Made by a program: the position numbers and the translations under genes | In this document: in pieces, positions 12,646-23,943 of the stretch | Layout of the letters: each line of letters begins with the position of its first letter | How positions within the stretch are numbered: the first letter of the stretch is position 1 | Notes under the pieces: generated by a model | The model's input: only the letters and a program-made list of their open reading frames with translations | The model's database searches: none | Told to the model about the DNA's origin: nothing | Assembly (NCBI GenBank): GCA_030141605.1 | Contig: JAQGDQ010000112.1 | Coordinates: forward strand, 62,001 to 126,000 | Reading direction: 5' to 3' | DNA: 64,000 nt | Source: Tubiluchus corallicola | Lineage: Eukaryota; Animalia; Priapulida

Positions 12646-12886
12646 GTAGAATGCTGCTCATCTATCTGATCTTGCTGGTGTTTGAGTCGTATGGATTACG
12701 ATTACGTCACGTGGTCTGTGGAATTTACTACCCAGAAAGAGAAAAAGAGAGAGCCGTCTGGTTGTACAACCACGTGCTACAGACTAGAGGTGGACTCATC
12801 AAGTTTCTGCGCAGGCAGATGCGACGCAGAAATGAGATGGACAACTCTATAGAGAAAATCAGTATTCGCGCCAGACTGATGGCAAC
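12646..12886 (+). CDS. DCST2: DCST2-like exon
   Basis: ttgttag| ... AC|gtaaat; RMLLIYLILLVFESYGLRLRHVVCGIYYPEREKERAVWLYNHVLQTRGG..., the conserved E.Y..RLR......YYP.RE..R...LY motif. Confidence 0.93.
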
Positions 12887-13262
12887 GTAAATAGTGTAAA
12901 ACTTTGATATTACGTACACGACAACGTTTAAAAGTAAAAAACAAACTCTCTTGCGACATTTTTAATGAACCACTTCAACTACCACTGTAAATGACAAATA
13001 CGGAATGAGAGTTAGGTGGAAATTATGTGTATGTAATTATGTAATTAAGTACTCAAAAAGTTATGTATATGGATGAAGCATTACACACTTAAGTATGTCT
13101 GAGGGAGTAGGGAAATCCAAGAATTATTTATGTAAAATACACCCTATACCTACTATGTAGTTCAGAGGCGCCATACACCTCAGCATCTCATATAGGTTGT
13201 ATTTCGCCTTTTCAAGTTCGAATTTAAGGAGAACTATTCCTAATGCATCAATACATTTTCAG

Positions 13263-13390
13263 GTGTCCCTGTATTCGCAGTTGTTGCAAACTCTTTGGTT
13301 TTCAAAGGAAATATTGTTTAGGTTGCAGAGAGGAGGGAAAACCAGAGGATTATGAAAATTTCAAACATTGTCAAAATACCGGATGTAAAG
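13263..13390 (+). CDS. DCST2: DCST2-like exon, first half of C-terminal Cys finger
   Basis: ttttcag| ... G|gtaaaa; CPCIRSCCKLFGFQRKYCLGCREEGKPEDYENFKHCQNTGCK. Confidence 0.9.
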
Positions 13391-13524
13391 GTAAAAAATA
13401 TACTTTAAAGACTGCTTTGCTGTTGTAGCTCATTGATAATTTGTGCTATTTTTAGTATTTAAACATACTGGTATTACGTGGTAACAAATCGTTCACTGCT
13501 GCTACCCCCAAATAAACCTTTCTA

Positions 13525-13887
13525 CAGTTTCGTTGTGTTTTTGCGCGTAGTTGCTGTAGGTCACAGGTTAAGTGTACCACAGCAACGCGTCTTAGCTGCA
13601 ACTGTCACGTGATATGTGGTAAAGCAAAGCCCAATTCAGTAACTACAGTTACTTTACGTGGACTTCACTTAATTACGCACTAGTCTGTGCGTAGAGTAAT
13701 TTACCAGCAGGATCTTGTTTGGGAAAAAGAAAAAGACAAACTAGGTAAGGTTCTAGCTAGCTGTTAAAGCGGGTACTATTACCTCGCTGGGCTGCAAGGT
13801 GTTGTCAAGTGTACGTGCAAATGCGTTATCTGGTACGCTTAACCTTTGACCTTCTCACGATCATCATCAATCGCTGGAATTGTGAAA
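13525..13887. mobile_element. ~360-bp MITE-like dispersed repeat, copy 2
   Basis: co-linear with 3110-3470, e.g. tttacgtggactt, tagtctgtgcgtagagt, catcatcaatcgctggaa. Confidence 0.7.
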
Positions 13888-14539
13888 AAGCTTATTGTGG
13901 AATTCTTTGCCGCTGCAATCACACCACATCAAGTCGCCAGTGTTTAAAAAGTCTGAAAACTAACTATTTTGATGAAGCTTTCTGGCACTGGAGTTCATCG
14001 CGCATTTTCTGTGTTTCGTGTATTTTCTTGGATTGATTTTATTATTTTACTAAATTTTCTCTTCATGTTTTCATGATTTTTCATTTTTTGTCACATTCAA
14101 TGTACTTTTAATCGCTTAATGTGCCATGGTTTATATGTAACTGGTTTATGTATTGTTTGAATTAATTTTTTATGAATTTCGATGGTCTTTCGCTTGTAAA
14201 ATCCATTTGATCATCTCGTAAATGCATTAAAAATATTCAGTAAATTGTTATTAATAATTACTATGTAAATGTTAAGAGAGACCCCATCTGATGTGTAAGT
14301 CAAGGGTTTTTGCTGACTTTGCTTGCTCGGGTAGCAAGATCTACCCAAAGAGATATTTGCTACGCGATCGGAGCCCGACTCATTATCCAAGACACTCTTT
14401 AAGATGAGCCGCTGAACCAGCCGTTGCGTTTCAGCCACATTTCGAGTGTATCTACATCCTCTTTCTACGAGGCAAAGAACTAAAGTTTTCCGACTAGAAA
14501 AAAGAGAGATAAAATTTATTTTCGGCTCAACTATAATTG

Positions 14540-15060
14540 ATCGATTGATTGAATGATTCAGTACTATTTATTTCAGCATAAAAGCCATAAAGACATAAAA
14601 TTAAATTTTACGATGACTAAAACTAGAAATACTAAAAATTACTCTGTACAAAATGTGAGTAAACATTTAAAATTTACAATGTTATCAAGAAGTTAAGACA
14701 TTAATCCACAATTTAAAAAAAAAACATTAAAAATACACATCGGAGTTCAAAATAGAAAGTAAGAAATTATTATCGGAATTTAAAACTCGCTGCCTTGTAC
14801 TACAGCAGCATTTTCTTCTCAAATGCAAGAAACGTGGCCTACTAAGATTAACACACGTAGCAGATGCAATGCAATCAAATCTAAGCGAAAATAGTTTACC
14901 AATCCATTATTATAAGCAAGTGTTGGTCTGTTCAACACGCATCATTATTGAAATTGTTCAATTAAGTCATTGCTGAACTATAAGACATTCAGGCACAAAT
15001 AATACAACCACAAATAGTAGCTCAGCTTTAAGCCATAAGAGAACAGAATTTCAATTATTA
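14540..15060 (-). mobile_element. RTE-X-like LINE 3' fragment
   Basis: minus peptide ..LAYNN..CIASATCVNL..FLHLRRK..QRVLNSDN; 3' end GCTGAAATAAA followed by a (TCAA)n-like tail. Confidence 0.55.
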
Positions 15061-15585
15061 AAATAAAACAAGAAATGAAAAAGGTGACATAGTGCGAGTG
15101 TAGACGTACTGAGACCCGTAAGTAGATAAAAACCATAAAATTTGTGAACATTTAAAATTTGTTGATAAAACTAATGAAATGATTAGTGATTCACATTCAT
15201 TTACCTGTACAATAGTTTTCTTCGTGTGTCTAACACCTCAAAACAAAACTTGGCAGTAATTTTGCATAATTATAATTTTCTCCTCTCCCACCAGTCGGTT
15301 CCTGGAAGGTGCAATATCTTTTTATCAGGATTTCCCATTGAATAAACAAACCTATCTGGGCCATTCCAGTTATTAAGTAGTCGGTCTACTACTCGACGGA
15401 GTGAGTATTGAACCCGCAGAAATCATAACATTCTCAGCCACAGCCCCATTTTCTCAGAATTTATAGTAACCATGCGCACTCCAAACTCCTAGTGTGTGTT
15501 TAGAAGTATATTGTTCAAGGCTTAGTCAAGACTTCAATACATGGACCTCACCACAAGATGCAAAACTAATTTCAATGTTTTTTAG

Positions 15586-15685
15586 GAGTATATTGTCAAG
15601 ACTGCTTTGCGGATATCAACAACATGTGCACCGTGTGCATGCGTCCTGTGGATTATGGTGACTTGTCAGACTTTAGCGAAGAAAG
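15586..15685 (+). CDS. DCST2: DCST2-like exon, second half of C4C4 RING-like finger
   Basis: tttttag| ... AG|gtatgt; GVYCQDCFADINNMCTVCMRPVDYGDLSDFSEE (different frame from the 15607 ORF in the track); resembles the recalled DCST2 pattern G.YC..CF....N.C.VC..P..Y.(G)D. Confidence 0.9.
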
Positions 15686-15817
15686 GTATGTCACTACTGC
15701 CATCTGTTGCACGAAAAGAAAACTGTATAGAACATCTGATAAATTCCGTTTGTGTCACGGCAAACTTCCGAACACCTTTAAGAAATGAACGAGGACAAGC
15801 GCTAGATTGGATTTGGT

Positions 15818-18625
15818 AAACGCCAGACTGTCCTCAGTCTAGATTAGACTGCGCAAACGCCAGACTGTCCTCAGTCTAGATTAAACTGGACAAACGCCAG
15901 ACTGTCTTCAGTCTAGATTAAACAGGACAAACGCGAGAGTGTCCTCAGTCTAGATTAAACAGGACAAACGCCAGACTGTCCTCAGTCTAGATTAGACTGC
16001 GCAAACGCGAGACTCTGATCAGTCTAGATTAAACTGGACAAACGCCAGACTGTCTTCAGTCTAGATTAGACTGCGCAAACGCGAGACTGTCCTCAGTCTA
16101 GATTAGACTGCGCAAACGCGAGACTGTCCTCAGTCTAGATTACACTGGACAAACGCCAGACTGTCCTCAGTCTAGATTAGACTGCGCAAACGTGAGACTG
16201 TCCTCAGTCTAGATTAGCTGGACAAACGCCAGACTGTCCTCAGTCTAGATTAGACTGCGCAAACGCGAGACTGTGATCAGTCTAGATTAAACTGGACAAA
16301 CGTCAGACTGTCTTCAGTCTAGATTAGACAGGACAAACGCCAGACTGTCCTCAGTCTAGATTAGACTGTGCAAACGCGAGACTGTCCTCAGTCTAGATTA
16401 GACTGCGCAAACGCGAGACTGTGATCAGTCTAGATTAGACAGGACAAACGCGAGACTGTCTTCAGTCTAGATTAGACAGGACAAACGCGAGACTGTCCTC
16501 AATCTTGGACAGCACAAACGCCATACTGTCTTCCGTCTAGCCTAGACTAAACAAATGCCATATTGTCTTCAGTTTCCGTTAGACTAGACAAAGGGTAAAC
16601 TGTCCTCAGTCTAGATTAGACTGCGCAAATGCGAGACTGTCCTCAGTCTAGAATAGACTGGACAAACGCCAGACTGTCCTCAGTCTAGATTAGACTGCGC
16701 AAACGCGAGACTGTGATCAGTCTAGATTAAACTGGACAAACGTCAGACTGTCTTCAGTCTAGATTAGACAGGACAAACAGACTGTCCAGTCTAGATTAGA
16801 GTGCAAATGCGAGACTGTCCTCAGTCTAGATTAGACAGACAAACGCGAGACTGTCCTCAATCTTGACATCACAAACGCCATACTGTCTTCCGTCTAGCTA
16901 GACTAAACAAATGCCATATTGTCTTCAGTTTCCGTTAGACTAGACAAAATGTAAACTGTCCTCAGTCTAGATTAGACTGCGCAAACGCGAGACTGTGATC
17001 AGTCTAGATTAAACTGGACAAACGTCAGACTGTCTTCAGTCTAGATTAGACAGGACAAACGCCAGACTGTCCTCAGTCTAGATTAGACTGCGCAAACGCG
17101 AGACTGTCCTCAGTCTAGATTAGACTGGACAAACGCTAGACTGTCCTCAGTCTAGATTAGACTGCGCAAACGCGAGACTGTGATCAGTCTAGATTAGACA
17201 GGACAAACGCGAGACTGTCTTCAGTCTAGATTAGACAGGACAAACGCGAGACTGTCCTCAATCTTGGACAGCACAAACGCCATACTGTCTTCCGTCTAGC
17301 CTAGACTAAACAAATGCCATATTGTCTTCAGTTTCCGTTAGACTAGACAAAATGTAAACTGTCCTCAGTCTAGATTAGACTGCGCAAACGCGAGACTGTG
17401 ATCAGTCTAGATTAAACTGGACAAACGCCAGACTGTCTTCAGTCTAGATTAGGCAGGACAAACGCCAGACTGTCCTCAGTCTAGATTAGACTGGACAAAG
17501 GCCAGACTGTCCTCAGTCTAGATTAGACTGCGCAAACGCGAGACTGTGATCAGTCTAGATTAGACTGGACAAACGCTAGACTGTCCTCAGTCTAGATTAG
17601 ACTGCGCAAACGCGAGACTGTGATCAGTCTAGATTAGACAGGACAAACGCGAGACTGTCCTCAATCTTGGACAGCACAAACGCCATACTGTCTTCCGTCT
17701 AGCCTAGACTAAACAAATGCCATATTGTCTTCAGTTTCCGTTAGACTAGACAAAGGGTAAACTGTCCTCAGTCTAGATTAGACTGCGCAAACGCGAGACT
17801 GTCCTCAGTCTAGAATAGACTGGACAAACGCCAGACTGTCCTCAGTCTAGATTAGACTGCGCAAACGCGAGACTGTGATCAGTCTAGATTAAACTGGACA
17901 AACGTCAGACTGTCTTCAGTCTAGATTAGACAGGACAAACGCCAGACTGTCCTCAGTCTAGATTAGACTGTGCAAATGCGAGACTGTCCTCAGTCTAGAT
18001 TAGACAGGACAAACGCGAGACTGTCCTCAATCTTGGACATCACAAACGCCATACTGTCTTCCGTCTAGCCTAGACTAAACAAATGCCATATTGTCTTCAG
18101 TTTCCGTTAGACTAGACAAAATGTAAACTGTCCTCAGTCTAGATTAGACTGCGCAAACGCGAGACTGTGATCAGTCTAGATTAAACTGGACAAACGCCAG
18201 ACTGTCTTCAGTCTAGATTAGACAGGACAAACGCCAGACTGTCCTCAGTTATTATTAGACTGGACAAAGGCCAGACTGTCCTCAGTCTAGATTAGACTGC
18301 GCAAACGCGAGACTGTGATCAGTCTAGATTAGACAGGACAAACGCGAGACTGTCTTCAGTCTAGATTAGACAGGACAAACGCGAGACTGTCCTCAATCTT
18401 GGACAGCACAGACGCCATACTGTCTTCCGTCTAGCCTAGACTAAACAAATGCCATATTGTCTTCAGTTTCCGTTAGACTAGACAAAAGGTAAACTGTCCT
18501 CAGTTTAGACTAGACTGGACAAACGCCATGACGTCTTCAGTTTGGGTTAGATGGGACAAACGCTAGACTGTCCTCAGTCTAGATCAGACTGGACACCAGG
18601 CTGTCCTCTGTCTAGAATAGACTAG
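15818..18625. repeat. 37-bp tandem satellite (~75 monomers) with higher-order organisation
   Basis: consensus CTGTCCTCAGTCTAGATTAGACTGCGCAAACGCGAGA; period read directly (16081 to 16118); variant block recurs at 16501, 16859, 17260, 17663, 18029, 18395. Confidence 0.97.
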
Positions 18626-18694
18626 CCAACGCCAATGCCGGACGTTGGGTTTTTATATACAGACTTACTTCATAAGTTTTCTTATATTTGACAG

Positions 18695-19127
18695 AGACTC
18701 TAGCGAAGAGGAGGAATATGAACGCCTAAAAGAAGCCCAGAAAGCAGTGCCACCTGTGGAGAGCATTCCAGGAGTTGACCTTGAGCATCTGGCTTCAGTA
18801 CAGATGGCGCAGGACACAGACTGCTGCACAGACTACTCCTTAACTGATGGCAGTTCAGGCTCAGACAGCGAGGCTGAAGACATTAGACGGTCCATGCACG
18901 ACGTGCCGTCTTTTAAAAAATCAAGCAAAAAGGACTTTGTGAACAGCGCCATCTTTGACAGACCCGTGGCGGTTGCTAGGGACGCCGAGTCATCGACGAG
19001 TTGCGACGACAGCGAGACAGAACTGATCACCAGAACAGAGGAAGATCTTAGATTAGCTACACGCAGATTTAGCAGGGAATATCCGGAAAAGAAGAACCCA
19101 AATATTGTAACAGGAGATGTACCGTAG
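18695..19127 (+). CDS. DCST2: DCST2-like terminal exon, acidic low-complexity tail
   Basis: tttgacag| phase 2 joins to give ...SEERDSSEEEEY...TGDVP*; the E..DSS.EE junction is DCST2-like; TAG at 19125-19127. Confidence 0.85.
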
Positions 19128-19230
19128 GTGCAAACCCTTTAATCCTGTGGAATATTGGAGGTGGAGGGATCACTACAGTGTAGGATTGCGAGTTTTTTTT
19201 CGTAATAATAGGCTGCAATAATAATTTGTC

Positions 19231-19236
19231 AATAAA
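19231..19236 (+). promoter_or_regulatory. candidate polyadenylation signal of the DCST2-like gene
   Basis: first AATAAA about 100 nt after the stop codon; position only. Confidence 0.35.
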
Positions 19237-19389
19237 CAATTAACGGTTTGATTACTACCCTAAAATCTGCAGCTTTAAACATATTTATAACAAATCGTGT
19301 GCTGGCATAAACAATGTAATTATTAAATTTTTATTGATAAATAAGATCTGTTAGTACACCTATAAACAACAGTTAGACCAGGTGGAGCA

Positions 19390-20920
19390 GAAATAAATGT
19401 GCCGAAGTTTAGACTGCAATAATATTAGAAGCAAGAGCACTACAAAGTTAAAATTTCACAGCATGAAACTGCAATATACTTACTTTTAGCTGTGAAAGCT
19501 GCAGGTTTATAGTTTTAGTGGTTTTTAAGCTATAGCTAAAAACGTTTGCGCGTCAAAAATTAAATGCCAAAACAATGTAACCTAAAGTCGTTAACTGAAA
19601 AACAGCCATATTGCCGTATAAAACACTCAATACATGGCAGCAAAACAGTACAGTAATCAACAGGTAATCATCATGCTCTTCACCACAGAAAATGAACTAT
19701 TGATAACGATTTATTGCCAACAAAAAATGGGATTTAATCCTCTGGATTACAGTATCTGGAATTCCCTTAAAGATTTTGATTTGATTTGATTTAATTTTTT
19801 ATTTCAAACCAACAGTTCATAGCATAAAACATTTACATATTTACAACGATAAACAAAAACACATATACATTAACAAAGTAAATTAATAAACGCAGATGTA
19901 TACAACAATTACACAGTTAATAGTAAATTCCACCAAGGGCGTCTGATATGTGACGTAAATTTTGCATCACTATGAAGTAAACTTTGACATATAACATTAG
20001 TATTACCATTAAATCTAGTAATTAAACTAAACACACATTTCCTATAGATAACATCAAAATAATTAAGCTGTATACTAAGAGACCGAGCACTGTAATTATA
20101 TTCATAATTAAAAAATTTACGTTTTGAAATATTGTGAGCAACCTTCAGTTTTCTGATGTTGTATAAATTAAAATGCCTCCAAGCGGCCATACAGTAAAAG
20201 CCATTGCAATATGCATTAAACAAACAAATTTTTACATTAGCTGAGCAATTTCCAAATTTTCTGATAAGTTGATTACTACGGCAATAATACAGAGATCGTT
20301 GATTAATTATATCAAGGTCATCCTTATTATCACTTGAAATAACGTGTCCCAAATGTTTTTTCTGCATTACAGTTCTTCAAATAATTATTTTTAAGTTTAA
20401 TTTTACCGTAAACAAAAGCTTGCATTTCCTTTGAACTGATAGACATTAATTTGGTTTTTCCTACGTTTATCTTTATATCAAAATTGTCAGCATAAGAAAC
20501 ACAGACATCAAGTAGCCGCTGAAGTGCTGTAGTAGTTGTCGCTAATAAACATACGTCATCAGCGTACATTAAATGATTCATAATCGTATTAGCAATATTA
20601 CATCCAAGCTGAGTGCGTGACAATTTAGCACTTAAGTCTCTGAAATAGAAGTTAAAAAGAATTGGAGACATTCCGCCGCCTTGACGTACGTAAGCAGAAA
20701 GTGTACGACGGCCACACGAAGCCGTTTAATACAAAGCAACTAAAGTAAAAAATTGCTGAGTTGTGGCACCAAGTACACATAAAAATTGAGAAACTGTTTC
20801 AGCTGTTGAAAGAAACACCTCCGTCTAGTTTGCAGTGAAAACGGTGGACACATAGAAAACGGTGGACACATAGAAAACGGTGGACACACTTGCTGTAACT
20901 TTTAATAATAGTGTCATAAT
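19390..20920 (+). mobile_element. maT/DD37D-like transposase remnant split by an RTE-X LINE
   Basis: NPLDYSIWNSLK (to 19772) resumes as KQKVYDGHTKPFNTKQLK*KIAELWHQV..ENGGHIE after 20691. Confidence 0.7.
19773..20690 (-). mobile_element. RTE-X-type LINE, 5'-truncated
   Basis: VRQGGMSPILFN..HLMYADDVCLLA..KTK, then HLGHVISSDNKDDLDI..KFGNCSANVKICLFNAYC..KLKVAHN; tail (ATCAA)n at 19773-19795. Confidence 0.88.
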
Positions 20921-21599
20921 AGTAAATCTTCTGGGATTTATTTTTTTACCTTTTTAAGGGTAATCTAAGAGAATAATTTAAAATTTTTGGTGTTTACACG
21001 TAAATGCTTGTAACATCAACATGGTAATTTAAAAAGCGATTTCTGTTATTCTTTTCTTATAATATAATGATCAAAACTTTAGGACATTTTTCCGTCATCT
21101 GATATATAAATCAGTAATTAGTATTGCGTAGCCTCAACAGCTCAAATAGAAAATGTTTAAAAACTTTAATCGCCTCTCTTTACTTGCGGCAGTAACGTTG
21201 AATCTCAGCTGTTCGTTGAGCTTCTCTCACCCAACCTAAAAGCGACTGTGTTTGAAATTCTGCGGTAAATCGTTCAGTACCAGCTGTTCAAAAATTTCCA
21301 ATAAAATTTAGTGGTTTAATAAACAAAACTTTAAAGTTGAATGCGTGAAAGTGTTAACATACTCCAGTCTGCAGCGTGTCAAGGCTAGTGCAAGACCTAA
21401 ATACAATTTAACGTAATGAAGCCACACAGCTATCATACTGAAACAATCTTCATTATTATAATTAAATTATTGTACTATTATACAAGCCGTTAGCCTGTAT
21501 ACTTTTTCGCAATGCCGTTGCTGATTATTTGGAAATTATAACAGTTACCAGAAGTTTTTTGCATTCGCAAACGCTTAAACCGCTTGCAGATGTTTTTTT

Positions 21600-22420
21600 T
21601 CTATTTTATTTTTGCTTATTTATTTATTTATAATACAGCTGTGAACAGAAGTCAAGAGACATATATGTTCAGTAATAACATCGTTATATCGCCAAATGTA
21701 TAAAGTGTAAAATTACAGCTTAATGTACAGAATACATGGTTAGCACAATATAAACACACAAATATGTGCAAATAAATTAAATGTGCAGGTAAAAAGATGA
21801 AAACTTGATTAATACGGTAAAATTGTATAATTATGGTAAAAAATTTACATCTTACACCAGTTATCAGATCACACATTTTCCAGTAAATATTTTTTAAAAG
21901 TTTCTTAAAGTCATTTATTTTGCCTGCTTGTTTTATTTTAAATTATTCCATATTGCAGCACCATTATACATTACAAAATGTTTCATAGCATTGGTTCTGC
22001 ACTTAGGGATATGGATATGGAAGAGTTTGGTATAAGTACATACTGCTATTATAATTGAAAAAACGATGATACATATTAGGCAAAGATTATTAACATATTG
22101 TTAGATAAACTTGTCACTTACTTTGCATATCTTTTTAGCAGTTATCGGCAAACACGCCAAAATGTTTCATCAGATGACTCTAGTGGAATATGCAATTGTA
22201 ACTGTTTCTTAAACCTAGACGACACTGATTTATTTCGTTTGAATATTTGAATTACACTAACTTTACAGAAATATTTTACTGATTGTATTTGTGTTGTTTA
22301 ACCACACCAGGTGATGAAGGTGCCTTTATATTTTTACGTTAAAATTGTAATGTGTAGTGTAAACTAGTGTTTTATCTGTTTACTAATGGCACTAATAAAC
22401 TTACACCTGTTCAGAAGTAT
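21600..22420 (-). mobile_element. L2/Crack-like LINE 3' fragment
   Basis: minus peptide HIPKCRTNAMKHFVMYNGAAIWNNL; A-rich tail near 21600-21630. Confidence 0.6.
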
Positions 22421-22448
22421 ATCAAATAAGCGTCTACACCAGCATGAA

Positions 22449-22770
22449 ATTTGATTTTGATTTAAGATTTTATTTCAAACTTTACGAAGTTCATATGCAC
22501 ATCACAAATTAATACACAAACTACAATAAATTGTGATACGTGACACAACAATAACATAAACAAAAATTAATGATATAACAAACAACGTCTAATTTCAGAA
22601 ATAAAGTTTAAATCTCTACTTAAAATGCTTTTGCATATAAAATTTTCTCTCTTTTCATCCCTACGTATAAACAGTATGAATATTTTCTGTGACAAATTTG
22701 ATAAGTCGGGGTTTAAACGACTAAAAACATATCAAATGGAACATCGATTGTTTTATTTATTCTTTACTGT
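22449..22770 (-). mobile_element. RTE-X-like 3' end
   Basis: ttttatttcaaac..agttcata matches the 3' end of the 19773 element; similar short tail. Confidence 0.5.
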
Positions 22771-23556
22771 AAATTGAAAAGGAACTGTTTTGTTCTACTA
22801 CTCTGGCGTGCAGCCTGAAAATTTGTAAAAACTTTTACAAAAATTAGTTAGTTTTGTGATATTTTTGCCTTTGAGATGTTACACTTCTTTAGCGTATCTA
22901 TTCGCTGAATATATTTTTACAGGCGGGAATTAAGGGTCCTAGAACTTAACAACTACTCTGCTAGTTCGTGAAATGTTTAATGCAGTGTATTATGGCTCAT
23001 GTTACACGCCTACGAGCCCCTGTGTACTCAGCTGTTCAATTAAAAAGTACTCAATTAAAGGACTCAATTTACATGTATCTCAATTCAAAATTAGAATTTA
23101 GAATTAAAGTTAGAATAATACTGTCTCTTTGCAAATCACATAATGTTCAAAATAATTTGCGAGACAGGATGGCAGCAACACCATACGGTCACCACTGTTG
23201 TCATCCCATGTTATGATGGCCATCCCATATAAAGAAAAATTCCAAATAAGAAATCATAACAGTTGCATACTTAAGAATATTTAGCAAACAAAATTAACGA
23301 AAACAAATTTTAAACAAATAAAATCATATAACAAATCAAAATGACGTCGACATAAGAAAAGCAAATGAAAACGCAAGCACTTCTACTTCAATTCCTGCAT
23401 TTCCCCATGATTTTAGAAACAAAGCACTTTTGTGAAATTTGTAATAAAAAAGTTTGAAAGCGATCATCCCTTTCAGCTTCATTGTAAAACGAGCGTTGAA
23501 GAGGTTCAAAATCATTATTTTTGCGGTTTATTTCACTCGTGTATGCATATTGTTAA

Positions 23557-23943
23557 AGGAAATGACAAAATGAGTCATTATAATTTAGCACGTTGAGTTA
23601 TTTAGCTGTTGTCACTTAAACTTAAAAAAATATAACAAATATATGAATAGGCATTAAAACTCTATAAAACATAAAATTAATTTACTGGTACTGCAGTATG
23701 GAATTTTCAGGCTCGGTGGTAGCCGCCATTGACTTTAAATTGTGACGTAACTGGGACACTTCGTGAGTTTTCGCAAGCTACTCGTGGCTTTTCGTAAGCA
23801 CGCGCTACTTAAACTAATTCAAACTTCTGCTTACCTAATGTTCATGCAAATTGTCGCAAAATTAGCTATCTAAGTTTTTGTAAAACTTATTTTACTTTTG
23901 GCGGAAATTGATAGTCCACTTCTCAGAACCCGTGGGCTTTCCT
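23557..23943. mobile_element. Kolobok-type non-autonomous element
   Basis: TTAA|AGGAAA ... TTTCCT|TTAA; internal 23700-23835 recurs inverted at about 49425-49565. Confidence 0.55.

Noticed and set aside
15607-15819. ORF MRISTTCAPCAC as a separate Cys-rich gene
   Set aside because: Alternative frame of DCST2 exon 15586-15685
15818-18625. CRISPR-like array (37-bp palindromic repeats)
   Set aside because: Units are contiguous with no unique spacers, there are no cas genes, and the array lies in a spliceosomal intron
18833-19030. Antisense ORFs here and at 5117, 12728 and 52566
   Set aside because: Shadows of real coding sequence on the opposite strand
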